A stretch of DNA of 64,000 nucleotides from Candidatus Bathyarchaeota archaeon. Lineage in GTDB: Archaea > Thermoproteota > Bathyarchaeia > Bathyarchaeales > Bathycorpusculaceae. Under the pieces are notes generated by a model. It was not told where the DNA came from and made no database searches. It saw only the letters and a list, made by a program, of their open reading frames with translations. Positions within the stretch are counted from its first letter, which is position 1, and each line of letters begins with the position of its first letter. The position numbers and the translations under genes are program-made. The DNA is taken from contig CAVTZU010000013.1 of the NCBI GenBank assembly GCA_963739305.1, positions 94,008 through 158,007 on the forward strand, in the 5' to 3' direction. This document shows positions 8,270-18,836 of this stretch, one piece after another.

Positions 8270-10636
8270 ATGGAGAAGAAATCGCCTAGGATCGGTATTT
8301 TCGTGTGCGAATGTGGCGGCAACATAGGCGACGTCGTAGACGTCAAGTCGGTCGTAGAAACGATCAAGAACTGGCCTGATGTTGCAACTGCCAAATATCA
8401 AAAGTATCTGTGCTCTAAACCAGCCCAAGAGATGATACTCGACTCTGTGAAAAAAGACAACTTAGACAGAGTCGTCGTTGCCAGCTGCACACCACGAATG
8501 CATCTAGGCACCTTTCAATCCGTCATGGAGAGATCTGGTCTAAACCCCTTCATGCTTGAATTCGTTAACATAAGGGAGCAGGACTCATGGGTTCACGGTC
8601 CTCATCCGTCGCCTGAAGCCACGAAGAAAGCCATAAGCCTGATCAAAGGTGGTTACGAAAGAAGCCGAGAGCTTGAGCCTCTCCAAACCATCAGCGAAAA
8701 AGGTTCGAGAGAAATCCTCATCGTGGGCGGTGGAATAGCAGGAATAACCTCAGCCCTTGAGCTTGGCTACTTAGGCTACAAGGTTCACCTCGTTGAAAGA
8801 AAGCCGAGCATCGGAGGAAACATGTCGAAACTGACAAAAGTCTTCCCAACCCTGGACTGCGCCCAGTGCATTCTGACCCCGAGAATGGCTGAAGTAGGAA
8901 GAAACCCGAACGTGACTCTCTACACTTATGGCGAGGTGCAGGAGCTAAGCGGAAGGCCAGGCAACTATGACGTTAAGGTCTTCATGAAGCCACGCGGCGT
9001 AGATCTGCAGAAGTGCAGGAACTGCGGCGTCTGCGCGAAGGTTTGTCCGGTTTCGGTTCCAGACGAGTTCAACGAGTGCTTGTCACAGAGAAAGGCCGCC
9101 TACATCGAATTTCCACAGGCAGTCCCTTCAGTATACACAATCGACTTCAAGTCTTGTACTAAATGCGGAAAATGCGAGAAACTTTGCCCCGCAAAAGCAA
9201 TAAGCCTAGCAGATCAGGGAAGCACCGTTAACCTCCACGTCGGCGGCATAATAATGGCAACTGGATACGAGCTGTATGACGCGAAGAAGCTTGAAACCTA
9301 TGGCTACGGCACGTACAAGGACGTAATAACGATGATGGAGCTGGAAAGACTCGTTTCAGCCACTGGTCCCACAGGAGGTTACGTAAAGCGGGGAGACGGC
9401 ACCGACGTGAAGAAGGCCGCAATCGTGCTATGCGCGGGGTCAAGGGACAAGAACTACGTTCCATACTGCAGTCGCATCTGCTGTATGTACGCGCTCAAAC
9501 AGGCTTTTGTCCTGAAGAAGATGCACGGAATCGACGTAACAATCTATTACACGGACATAAGAGCAACAGGAAAAGGATACGAAGACCTCTACTGGCGTGA
9601 CCAAGAAGCAGGAGTCGCTTTCGTACGGGGAAAAATCGCAGAAGTCTACAAAGACAGCAAAACGGGAAAGCTCGTCGCGTTGACTGAAGACACAATATCC
9701 GGCGAGCTCATGGAAGACCAATTTGACATGATCGCGCTGGCAACACCCATGGTTCCACCCGGAGGACTGAAAGAACTTACTGAAAAAATGAAAGTCTCGG
9801 TTGGCGAAGATGGGTTCATAACGGAGAAACATCCAAAACTCGATCCTGTCGATTCCCTCACAGCCGGAATTTTCGCGTGCGGCTGCGCCCTAAGTCCGAA
9901 GGACGTTCGCGACACAGTCTCGGACGGTCTCGGAGCCTCGGCAAAGGCTGCATTGTTCCTCAAGAGTGATTACATAACGACATCCCCTGAAAAAGCCTTC
10001 GTGATAACTGACCTGTGCAACGGTTGCGGCGGATGCGTACCTATCTGTCCGACCAAGGCAATAACTTTGCAAGAAGGCAAAGCAAAAATCGACCCGTTCC
10101 AGTGTACAGGCTGCGGCGCGTGCATACCAGTCTGCCCACAAGAAGCCATCGACTTCAAGAACGCCACGACCAAGCAAGTAATCGCCAGCCTCAAAGGCGT
10201 TCTCGCAGAGAAACAACCAGGTGAAGTCAGAGTCGTCGCCTTCGTCGACAAGAACGTCGGCTACACGGGAATGGACTTCTTAGGATTGGACCGTGCAAAC
10301 TACCCTGAAAACGTTCGCATCGTGTCCGTACCAACGACCGCCATACTTGGCCTGAAACACCTGCTTTACGCGTTTGCCTACGGCGCCGACGGCGCGCTCG
10401 TCATCGAAGGAACCCAGGAGATCGATGAGAAATTTACGAAGAAGCGAATGATCGACCTCGGGCGCGAACTCGCGAAGTACGGCGTTGAAAACATGCGAGT
10501 ACGGTACAGCTACGTTCCCCTGCCAGTGTATAAAAAGGCCGCCGAATTGTTCATTATGTTCACAGATCGAATCAAAAAATTCGGCCCATTTCCAGAGGAC
10601 AAACGCAACGCCATCAAACAAAAACTTGGCCTTTAA
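8270..10636 (+). CDS. hdrA: Heterodisulfide reductase subunit A with C-terminal ferredoxin and degenerate MvhD domain
   Basis: FVCECGGNI, VASCTPRMH, NIREQDSWVH, GGGIAG, KVFPTLDCAQC, YCSRICCM; C-terminal MvhD-like YPENVRIV..GADG. Confidence 0.9.
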   Translation: MEKKSPRIGIFVCECGGNIGDVVDVKSVVETIKNWPDVATAKYQKYLCSKPAQEMILDSVKKDNLDRVVVASCTPRMHLGTFQSVMERSGLNPFMLEFVNIREQDSWVHGPHPSPEATKKAISLIKGGYERSRELEPLQTISEKGSREILIVGGGIAGITSALELGYLGYKVHLVERKPSIGGNMSKLTKVFPTLDCAQCILTPRMAEVGRNPNVTLYTYGEVQELSGRPGNYDVKVFMKPRGVDLQKCRNCGVCAKVCPVSVPDEFNECLSQRKAAYIEFPQAVPSVYTIDFKSCTKCGKCEKLCPAKAISLADQGSTVNLHVGGIIMATGYELYDAKKLETYGYGTYKDVITMMELERLVSATGPTGGYVKRGDGTDVKKAAIVLCAGSRDKNYVPYCSRICCMYALKQAFVLKKMHGIDVTIYYTDIRATGKGYEDLYWRDQEAGVAFVRGKIAEVYKDSKTGKLVALTEDTISGELMEDQFDMIALATPMVPPGGLKELTEKMKVSVGEDGFITEKHPKLDPVDSLTAGIFACGCALSPKDVRDTVSDGLGASAKAALFLKSDYITTSPEKAFVITDLCNGCGGCVPICPTKAITLQEGKAKIDPFQCTGCGACIPVCPQEAIDFKNATTKQVIASLKGVLAEKQPGEVRVVAFVDKNVGYTGMDFLGLDRANYPENVRIVSVPTTAILGLKHLLYAFAYGADGALVIEGTQEIDEKFTKKRMIDLGRELAKYGVENMRVRYSYVPLPVYKKAAELFIMFTDRIKKFGPFPEDKRNAIKQKLGL

Positions 10637-11045
10637 ACGTATTTGTTCAATTCTCGAGTTTTTTCAATGTTCGAACAGAATATCCTATGACATGGACCCA
10701 TCTGCCTGATCACGCTGACTGTGTCTGTCTCAAGTGAGACGCACAAATCATTATTTCCAATTTTCGTACATACCTCTGGATTCGCGGCGAAAAAAGGCGG
10801 GCGCCCTTTTTCCCGTTAAAAGATGGAGGGACCCAGCATGAATTGGAAACTCGTAGCCGTGAAAACTATGCCTTTCGTTTTCTTTGCAGCGATCTTCTTT
10901 TTGAAGACTATTTGGGGCGAAGTACCAGCCTGCTGCTAGCGGGTGTGTGCGCATGCAGATCCGCAAGCCCTTTTCTTTTTTCAGAAGCGCGAGAGAACGC
11001 ATTTTCGAAAACGAAACGATACGGTTCCTGTTCTTTGTTGAACGA

Positions 11046-11234
11046 ATGCCAAAGCACAGAGTGATGGAAAGCATTAACGTATTCTTTCTGGCTTCATTGA
11101 GCATCATCTGCTTTCTCGCAGGGTTAGGCGGTTTCATGTTGTGGGATTCCTACGGACTAATCGGATTCATATTGTATTACGTAGGTGCCCTCATCGCAGT
11201 GTTAGAGCTGCTGCACTGCCTGTTTGACAGGTGA
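11046..11234 (+). CDS. Small two-TM hypothetical membrane protein
   Basis: 62 aa with two hydrophobic stretches; start uncertain. Confidence 0.4.
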   Translation: MPKHRVMESINVFFLASLSIICFLAGLGGFMLWDSYGLIGFILYYVGALIAVLELLHCLFDR

Positions 11235-11312
11235 ATTCTGCTAGTGGAACGGCGTTTTGAAGAGTTCTTTTATACTCATGAGTCAAAGAATACGTTTGAA
11301 GGAGCTGTCAAT

Positions 11313-11696
11313 TTGAGCACCACAGAGTGTCCGTTATGCAAACTGGACTTGAAAAAGGAGAAGATTTTCTATGACGACAGATCGTTCCTAGTTCTGAGAA
11401 CGAAGGATCTAAAGGGACACAAGGAAAGAATCATGATCGTCTACAAGCCGCACGAGCACACAATATCCCACAAGGCCCTTGAACGAGCTTTGGATCTTCT
11501 TTCCGACATGGGCAGAAAAGTTTTCAGCTACACGCCGAAGTTCGTAATAATGGACGCAACCTTCGCAACGATAAACGATCATTGGCACCTCGTTGGAACA
11601 GATCTTGATCCCAAAAGCAAAGATTTTGACCAGATCCTTTCCACCAGATGGATAAAAGTGGTGGACAACACAACGGCCGAAGAAAGCGAACCTTAG
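11313..11696 (+). CDS. HIT-like protein
   Basis: N-terminal CPLC, KIFYDD, IVYKPH, truncated triad HWHLV; GGAG RBS before TTG. Confidence 0.55.
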   Translation: MSTTECPLCKLDLKKEKIFYDDRSFLVLRTKDLKGHKERIMIVYKPHEHTISHKALERALDLLSDMGRKVFSYTPKFVIMDATFATINDHWHLVGTDLDPKSKDFDQILSTRWIKVVDNTTAEESEP

Positions 11697-11781
11697 ATAT
11701 TTGCAAGAAGAATCAATTAATTCCACAAACCATAAGACTCCCAGGAACCACCTATAAATATCGACCGGATTGGGCTGTTGT

Positions 11782-12378
11782 ATGTCTTTCTTGAAGAAGT
11801 TCAAAGACAGACTAACTAAACCCAACGCTGCAGCATCGTTACAGCTGAACAAGAGTGGTTTTGCGTTGGGCGAAAACTTGGAGGGCACTCTGGTCGTCAC
11901 CTCAAATGAGGAGTTTGACGCCAAAGAGATAAGGTGCGAATTCCAATGCGTCGAGACCAAAAGAACCATCTCCAATCAATATGATGCCGCACTCAAACGC
12001 ACTGTTCCAAGGGAAGTTCAGGAATCCGTCACTCTGTATTCTGCAAGACCCCAACTGAGCGGTCCAATACACCTTACGCCGAGCTTCTCGCAAAACTATC
12101 AGCTTGCCACAATCATCCCTGCCACAGGGAGACCAACCTATCGCGGCGTTGACCAAAACGTCGTCTGGTCAGTGAAAGGTGTTATAGCGGTCGACGGTCG
12201 ACCTGACGTGGCGAGTTCAGTCATTGAAATTCAAGTGTCGCCTCCGAGTGTTTCTCCAGTGGTAAGTGAAAAAGAAATCGTTCGAGAAGTGGTCATGATC
12301 CCGTGCAAGTACTGTGGAGCGTTGATGGAGCAAACCGTCACAGTTTGCCCCAACTGCGGAGGAAGAAGAACCGGCTGA
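11782..12378 (+). CDS. Arrestin/Spo0M-like Ig-fold protein with C-terminal zinc ribbon
   Basis: GENLEGTLVV..PTYRG..VVWSVKGVIAVDGRPD; CKYCG..CPNCG. Confidence 0.6.
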   Translation: MSFLKKFKDRLTKPNAAASLQLNKSGFALGENLEGTLVVTSNEEFDAKEIRCEFQCVETKRTISNQYDAALKRTVPREVQESVTLYSARPQLSGPIHLTPSFSQNYQLATIIPATGRPTYRGVDQNVVWSVKGVIAVDGRPDVASSVIEIQVSPPSVSPVVSEKEIVREVVMIPCKYCGALMEQTVTVCPNCGGRRTG

Positions 12379-12530
12379 GTCCACTCGTTCTCGGTCTCCG
12401 ACGTTTGCACTTCAACTCTTCCTGCAACGTCTATCATTGGCACTTTGGATGTAAAACGATTTTTCTCGAGCAAAAGCTATATGAAAACGAGTGCTAAACA
12501 CAGTCCACATCTCTAGGAGAGTAAGGTGAC

Positions 12531-13319
12531 TTGGACATAATCATCTGTGCTAAACATGTTCCTGAAACAGCCGAAGCAGAATTGAAGATCGATCCCACGG
12601 GCAAGAACGTGGACAAAACAGGCTTGGTCTACGATATCAATGAATGGGATGACTACGCGCTTGAGGAAGCCGTGCGAATAAAAGAGAAACAGACTGGCAC
12701 AGTAACCGCCATAACGGTGGGCGCGGAAGATTCGGACAGCACGTTGAGAAAGTGCATGGCCCGAGGCGCGGACAAGGCAATAAGAATGACTGACTCAAAA
12801 TTCAACGGTTCAGACGGCTACGCCGTCGCAAAAATACTTCACAGCGCAATAAAGAATTTACATTTCGACTTGATCCTCACCGGTGCCCAAGCTGGCGACG
12901 ATGGAAGCGGAATGGTCGGGCCGATACTCGCTGAATTGCTCAAGATACCACACGTGACGATGGTTAAGAAAATCGAACTCGGCAACGGTGTCATAAGGGT
13001 CAACCGGGAACTTGAAGGCGGCTTGGAGGAGCAGGTTGAAGTGAAGTTTCCTGCTGTTGTCTCTGTCCAGACGGGAATCAACGAACCTCGGTACGTTTCC
13101 ATCATGGGAATTCGCAAGGCGATGCAAAAAGAAATCAGACTAATGACTCTGATAGACACAGGGTTGACTGAAAACGATGTTGGACCTGGGGGTTCATGGA
13201 CCACCATCGAGAAAATGTACGTTCCGCCCGTCGAGAAGCAAGCAGAATTTCTGAAGGGAACCCCAGAAGAAGTCGCCACAAAGATCGCTGAATTACTTAA
13301 GTCGAAGGGGCTGATTTGA
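12531..13319 (+). CDS. etfB: Electron transfer flavoprotein beta subunit
   Basis: CAKHVPE, INEWDDYALEEA, ARGAD, INEPRY. Confidence 0.95.
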   Translation: MDIIICAKHVPETAEAELKIDPTGKNVDKTGLVYDINEWDDYALEEAVRIKEKQTGTVTAITVGAEDSDSTLRKCMARGADKAIRMTDSKFNGSDGYAVAKILHSAIKNLHFDLILTGAQAGDDGSGMVGPILAELLKIPHVTMVKKIELGNGVIRVNRELEGGLEEQVEVKFPAVVSVQTGINEPRYVSIMGIRKAMQKEIRLMTLIDTGLTENDVGPGGSWTTIEKMYVPPVEKQAEFLKGTPEEVATKIAELLKSKGLI

Positions 13320-13320
13320 A

Positions 13321-14314
13321 ATGGCAAAGATATTTGTTCTGGCTGAACACAGGCAAGCACAGCTTCGAGATATCACTTTTGAAATGCTCACAAAAGGCCG
13401 AGAACTCGCAGCCAAGACTGGCGCAGAAGTTGTCGCCGTCCTATTGGGAAAAGGCTTAAGAGAGCACGCCAAAAATCTGGCAGAGTACGCCAAAACCGTT
13501 CTGTTGATTGAAGACGCAAAACTCGAGAACTTCAATTCTGAAGCTTACAGAAGAATACTCTCAGTACTCATTTCTGAACACAAACCGACGCTGGTCTTAT
13601 TGGGACACACCTCGTACGGAGTGGACTTAGCTCCAAGGCTCGCCGCCGCCATGAACTTACCGCTAGCCACCGACTGCGTAGACTTGAACTTTGAAGGCGA
13701 CGCGCTCACGGTCACGCGGCAGATGTACGGCGGGAAAGTGAACGTGAAAACAAACGTGAGAAAGGCAGAAACTTATGTAGCGACGCTTCGACAAGCCACT
13801 TTTGCACCCCAGAAGCCTGCGCCTCCTGAAAATGGGCAAATCATGGAGGTTCCTTCACCTCTAGCCGAGGAAATTCAGGAGAAACGATTCATCCAATACG
13901 TGCTGCCGCCTCCTGGAGGCGTCGATATCACGGCGGCCGAAAAACTCGTCGGTGTAGGGAGAGGGATCAAAGACGCAGCTAACATTCCAATGGTCGAGGA
14001 ACTGGCGAAAACTATTGGGGCGGTTGTCTCATGCTCACGCCCGATCGTTGACAAAGGCTGGTTGCCCTCAGACCGCCAAGTCGGTACGTCCGGCAAGACC
14101 GTGAAACCGAAACTCTACATTGCTTTAGGCATAAGCGGGGCGTTCCAGCACGTACTGGGAATGAAGAAGCTCAGACCTCATCATTGCCGTAAACAAGGAT
14201 CCAAAAGCGCCTATATTCAGTTTCTCAGACTACGGCGTTGTCGAAGATATCTTCAAAATAATGCCCCCCCTTAAGACCAAGGTGTCTGAAATTCGTTCGA
14301 AGAAACCAGCTTGA
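13321..14314 (+). CDS. etfA: Electron transfer flavoprotein alpha subunit (+1 frameshift near 14167)
   Basis: SRPIVD..QVGTSGKTVKPKLYIALGISGAFQHVLGM; conserved SDLIIAVNKDPKAPIF continues in the +1 frame to TGA at 14314. Confidence 0.9.
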
Positions 14315-14331
14315 CGAGGAGGAAGAAAATA

Positions 14332-15486
14332 ATGGATTTCAAGTTGAACGATGAACAGAAAGAAATAGTCAAAGCAGTCCGGGAATTTTGCGCTAAAGAA
14401 TTTACACCTGAACTGGCGATCGAGTTTGATCAGAAAGAAGACTTTCCAATGACCATTTACAAGAAAGCTGCTCAGCTCGGTTTCACAAGCATGCGGATAC
14501 CCCAAGAATATGATGGTCAAGGATACGGCCTTATCGAAGATTGCTTAGTCGTTGAAGAGTTGTGCCGTGCAGACCCTGGGCTTGGAGTGGCGATATCGCT
14601 TGGAAACCTGATGATTCCAGACGTGTTGTTGAAACACGGCAATGAGGAACAGAAGAAGAAGTACATTCCGCCCTTATCAAGAGGTGACACGCTGGCAGCA
14701 GCGGCCTTCACTGAACCCGAACACGGCAGTGACATCACAAGGATGGATTCAACCGCTGTTAAGTGCGGGAACGAGTGGGTCATAAATGGAGCTAAAGAAT
14801 TCATCACAAACGCGCCGATAGCCGGCACCTTCATTCTACTCTGCCAATCGGACTGCAACGTACAACCATCGCATAGAGGACAAAGCATTTTCATCGCCGA
14901 GAAAGGGACGAGCGGGTTGGAGACGACGATGCTTCACGGCAAGATGGGTATCAAACCATGCATCACCGGTTCGGTTTCAATGGCCGACGTCAAAGTTCCG
15001 GAAACTAACGTCATAGGAGAACTGGGCAAAGGCTTCTACTACACCCTTGAGCTTTTCGACGGAACGCGGATCACCGTGGCAGCTCAAGCCGTTGGCATGG
15101 CACAGGGAGCCTTTGACAGGGCACTTGCTTATGCGAAGACGAGAAAACAGTTCGGCCAGGCGATAATCAACTTCCAAGGCGTGGGTTTCAAGCTAGCGGA
15201 GATGGCGTGGAAAATAGAATCGGCGCGTTTGATGACGTACAAGGCAGCTTGGCTCTATGATAAAGAGAAGCCCAATCAGGTCGCGACATCAATGGCCAAG
15301 GCCTACGCTAGCCGGGTCGCAATGGAAGTCACGGATGATGCAATACAGGTTTTCGGCGGTTACGGCTTTCTTGCAGACTACCACGTTGAACGCTATCATA
15401 GATGCGCAAAGATCACGGAACTTTATGAAGGAACAAGTGAAATTCAGAGGCTGACGATAGCAAATTGCCTAATGCGGCAACAGTAG
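14332..15486 (+). CDS. Acyl-CoA dehydrogenase
   Basis: FTEPEHGSD, KEFITNA, RKQFGQ, QVFGGYG, LYEGTSEIQR. Confidence 0.95.
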   Translation: MDFKLNDEQKEIVKAVREFCAKEFTPELAIEFDQKEDFPMTIYKKAAQLGFTSMRIPQEYDGQGYGLIEDCLVVEELCRADPGLGVAISLGNLMIPDVLLKHGNEEQKKKYIPPLSRGDTLAAAAFTEPEHGSDITRMDSTAVKCGNEWVINGAKEFITNAPIAGTFILLCQSDCNVQPSHRGQSIFIAEKGTSGLETTMLHGKMGIKPCITGSVSMADVKVPETNVIGELGKGFYYTLELFDGTRITVAAQAVGMAQGAFDRALAYAKTRKQFGQAIINFQGVGFKLAEMAWKIESARLMTYKAAWLYDKEKPNQVATSMAKAYASRVAMEVTDDAIQVFGGYGFLADYHVERYHRCAKITELYEGTSEIQRLTIANCLMRQQ

Positions 15487-15586
15487 CGATTTTTCAAACC
15501 CTTCTTTCTTTCAACGCGTCATAGCATTTTTCTTCAAAAGTCTTATTACATTTTCAAGAGTTCATTAGCAGTGAGGAGGAACATCC

Positions 15587-16777
15587 TTGACGCTTGAAAA
15601 CCTGAAAAGAGTGGCAATCGTGGGCTCAGGTTCAATGGGCCACGGCATAGCCGAAATGCTTGCTATGAATGGCTATGAAGTTAGGATGATTGACATAAAC
15701 GACGAGCTTCTCCAGAACGCCAAAGAAAAAATCAGATGGAGCCTTGACAAGTTCGTCGAGAAAAAACGAATCAGAAAAGAAGACGCCGACGCCTCCTTCG
15801 CTAGAATCAAGACAACTACCAGCTACCAAGACGCCGCCAAGGACATAGATCTGGCGATTGAGGCAGTTCCCGAAAACATGGACCTCAAGAAAAAAGTGTT
15901 TTCCACCCTCGACTCAGCAGCTCCGCCGCACGCGATAATCGCCTCCAACACTTCAACTTTGAGCATAACGGAAATGGGGAACGCGACAAAACGCCCTGAA
16001 AGAGTCGCTGGAATGCACTTCTTCAACCCGCCGATCATGATGACGTTGGTAGAGGTAATAAGGGGCGGTAACACGAATCAAGAGACCATCACCACGCTTT
16101 GCGAGCTTGCAAAGAAACTCGGAAAGACGCCCATAGTAGTGAGGAAGGACGTAAGAGGATTCATAGTCAACCGCGTCCTCGGAAGCGTCTTCAACGAGGC
16201 ATTCTGGGCTTTCCAACGCGGTGAAGCAACCAAAGAAGGAATAGACTCTTCAGTCAAGTACACAGGCGGTTTTCCAATGGGCTGGTTCGAGTTGGCCGAC
16301 TTCGTCGGTCTAGACATAGCCTACGAGGTTGGAAGAATCCTGTATGACGCTTACGGCGAACGCTTCAAACCATGCGCAGAAGTCATAGATCCGCTCATCA
16401 AAGAAAGAAAGTTCGGGCAAAAGTCAGGAACAGGATTCTATGATTGGACCAAAGGGCGACCGAGGATACCCTTCAACATGCTCGACGAGTACGATGTCGA
16501 AAGATCCTGGGCCGTAGCCGCCAATGAGGCCGCATGGATCATACACGATGACGCTGCGAACCCAGAAGACATCGACACCGGAATGAAACTAGGCACGTTC
16601 TGGCCGTCAGGTCCATGCGAATATGCTGACCGTGTCGGCCTAGACTTAATGGTCAGCAAGCTTAAAGAGCTATACGCGAAACATAATATGGAAATGTATA
16701 AGCCCTGTCCCTTGCTGGAAGAATACGTCAGCAAAGGTTGGACAGGCAAAAAAGTTGGAAGGGGGTTCTACAAATGA
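15587..16777 (+). CDS. 3-hydroxyacyl-CoA dehydrogenase (duplicated C-terminal domain)
   Basis: GSGSMGHGIA, IEAVPE, ASNTS, GMHFFNPP, GFIVNR. Confidence 0.95.
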   Translation: MTLENLKRVAIVGSGSMGHGIAEMLAMNGYEVRMIDINDELLQNAKEKIRWSLDKFVEKKRIRKEDADASFARIKTTTSYQDAAKDIDLAIEAVPENMDLKKKVFSTLDSAAPPHAIIASNTSTLSITEMGNATKRPERVAGMHFFNPPIMMTLVEVIRGGNTNQETITTLCELAKKLGKTPIVVRKDVRGFIVNRVLGSVFNEAFWAFQRGEATKEGIDSSVKYTGGFPMGWFELADFVGLDIAYEVGRILYDAYGERFKPCAEVIDPLIKERKFGQKSGTGFYDWTKGRPRIPFNMLDEYDVERSWAVAANEAAWIIHDDAANPEDIDTGMKLGTFWPSGPCEYADRVGLDLMVSKLKELYAKHNMEMYKPCPLLEEYVSKGWTGKKVGRGFYK

Positions 16778-17928
16778 AGTTCGAGTTGACAGAAGAACAA
16801 CTCCACGTCAAGAACGCTGTAAAAGAATTCTGCCAAAAAGAGTTCAAGCCAGAACTAGCGTTGGAGCTAGACAAGAAAGAAGAGTATCCGATGGATTTGT
16901 ACAAGAAGGCCGCCAAATTGGGCTTCACAAGCATGATGTTCCCAGAAGAATATGGTGGGCAAGGCTTGGGTCTGCTCGAGGTCTGCTTAGCAGTCGAGGA
17001 AATGTGCCGAGGAGACTCGTCACTCGGAGTCGCGATTTCAAGCAGCAACTTCGGCAGTGAATTCATAATGGTCCATGGCTCCAAAGAGCAGAAGGAAAAA
17101 TATCTGCCACCGATCTGCAGAGGCGACTTCATGTCCGCCGCGGCATTCACTGAACCGAACGTCAGCGGAAGCGACATAAACCGCATGGAAACCACTGCAA
17201 CTAAATATGGAAATGAATGGTGGATAAATGGACAGAAAACCTTTATCACAAATGCGACGGTAGCAGATTTCATCGTTGTTCTAACTCAAACAGACACGAA
17301 GATCCGACCTACTCACCGCGGAGAAACGTTGTTTGTAGTTGAAAAAGGGACATCCGGTTTGGAAGCCACGAAACTGCACAACAAGATGGGAATAAGAGCT
17401 TCAATAACCGGAGAACTCAATTTCAGCAACGTGAAAGTGACCGATTGGAATATGGTCGGTGAACTTAACAAGGGCTTCTATTATTCAATGGAATTCTTCG
17501 ACAAAACACGCGTCGGAGTGGCTGCTCAAGCTGTTGGCATGGCGCAGGGAGCTTGGGAAATTGCGTTCAAGTATGCCAAACAAAGAGAAGCCTTTGGCAT
17601 GCCTATAATGCAGCACGAAGCCATAGGAATGAAATTGGCCGAGCTGGCAACAAAGATCGAAGCCGCTCGGCTGCTCACCTACAAAGCTGCGTCTCTCATT
17701 GATGAGGGAAAACTGGATGCTATGGCAACAGCCATGGCCAAGTACTATGCTGGTGAAATCGCGATGGAAGTCACAAACTCTGCGATTCAGACTTTGGGCG
17801 GCTACGGATACTTCGGCGAATACCGCGTTGAAAAATTCCACAGAGACGCGAAAATAACAGAAATCTATGAAGGAACAAGTGAAATCCAGAGGCTACAAGT
17901 GCTCAAGTATCTTCTCAGCAAGTATTAG
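16774..17928 (+). CDS. Acyl-CoA dehydrogenase (paralog of 14332-15486)
   Basis: FTEPNVSGSD, KTFITNA, REAFG, QTLGGYG, IYEGTSEIQR. Confidence 0.95.
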   Translation: MKFELTEEQLHVKNAVKEFCQKEFKPELALELDKKEEYPMDLYKKAAKLGFTSMMFPEEYGGQGLGLLEVCLAVEEMCRGDSSLGVAISSSNFGSEFIMVHGSKEQKEKYLPPICRGDFMSAAAFTEPNVSGSDINRMETTATKYGNEWWINGQKTFITNATVADFIVVLTQTDTKIRPTHRGETLFVVEKGTSGLEATKLHNKMGIRASITGELNFSNVKVTDWNMVGELNKGFYYSMEFFDKTRVGVAAQAVGMAQGAWEIAFKYAKQREAFGMPIMQHEAIGMKLAELATKIEAARLLTYKAASLIDEGKLDAMATAMAKYYAGEIAMEVTNSAIQTLGGYGYFGEYRVEKFHRDAKITEIYEGTSEIQRLQVLKYLLSKY

Positions 17929-17976
17929 AAGAACCGCGTGAAAAACATATATGCCCATAAAACAAACAAACAGTAG

Positions 17977-18774
17977 GTGGCAAATTTGAGTAAAGCATAC
18001 GAAACCCTCAAGATAGAAAGAGAAGAAAACGTTCTTTGGATTATATTGAACCGACCTCACCGACTCAACACATTCAACGAGGTCTTGCTCGAAGAACTCG
18101 GAGACATGCTTAACACAGCTGAAAACGACCAAAGTGTCAAATGCGTCGTCATAACAGGCGACGGCGACCGAGCGTTCAGTGCAGGTGCAGACGCAAGCAT
18201 GTTCCAAAAAGCAACTCCTGTCACGACCGAAGAATTCTGCAGGCGCGGACAGAAAACCTTTGGCAAAATCGAAGAGATGTCAAAGCCAGTCATCGCCGCA
18301 ATCAACGGTTATGCGCTCGGCGGCGGATTGGAACTAGCTTTATCGTGTGATCTCAGAATAGCAGCCGAGCATGCTGAACTTGGAAGCACAGAAATCAATT
18401 TAGGCTTGATTCCAGGATGGGGTGGAACTCAGAAGCTTGTCAGAATCGTCGGCTTGGCAAAAGCAAAGGAAATGCTCATGTTGGGAAGCAGGCTCAAATC
18501 TGACGAAGCGCTAAGAATCGGCCTAGTGCACAAGGTTGTTCACTTTGATAAGCTCAAAGAAGAAGTAAGCGCGATCGCTAAGAAGCTTGCGGAGGGTCCT
18601 CCTGTCGCAATGAAATACGCCAAACACGCAGCGAACTTCGGTGCTCAAGTTCCCCTGGAGGTCGGGCTAAGATTGGAAGCAGCGCTGTTTGCGCTAGTGT
18701 TGTCTACTGAAGACAGCAAAGAAGGCGTAGAAGCCCTGTTTGGCAAGCGAAAACCGGAATTCAAAGGCAAATAG
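17977..18774 (+). CDS. Enoyl-CoA hydratase (crotonase)
   Basis: AFSAGAD, AINGYALGGGLELAL, TEINLGLIPGWGGTQ. Confidence 0.95.
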   Translation: MANLSKAYETLKIEREENVLWIILNRPHRLNTFNEVLLEELGDMLNTAENDQSVKCVVITGDGDRAFSAGADASMFQKATPVTTEEFCRRGQKTFGKIEEMSKPVIAAINGYALGGGLELALSCDLRIAAEHAELGSTEINLGLIPGWGGTQKLVRIVGLAKAKEMLMLGSRLKSDEALRIGLVHKVVHFDKLKEEVSAIAKKLAEGPPVAMKYAKHAANFGAQVPLEVGLRLEAALFALVLSTEDSKEGVEALFGKRKPEFKGK

Positions 18775-18836
18775 CTTTAGCATTCCCTCTTATTTTGTAT
18801 TTCCTTGTATCTCTAGAAAGGAGAGGTGTATTTGAA

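Noticed and set aside
10751-11137. 128-aa minus-strand ORF and similar antisense ORFs (e.g. 11409-11975, 37460-37957, 53213-53854)
   Set aside because: Shadow frames of better-supported genes or of low-complexity tails, with no motifs
14160-14175. Programmed frameshifting in etfA and the other split genes
   Set aside because: No shared slippery heptamer or stimulatory structure; a sequencing indel is more parsimonious
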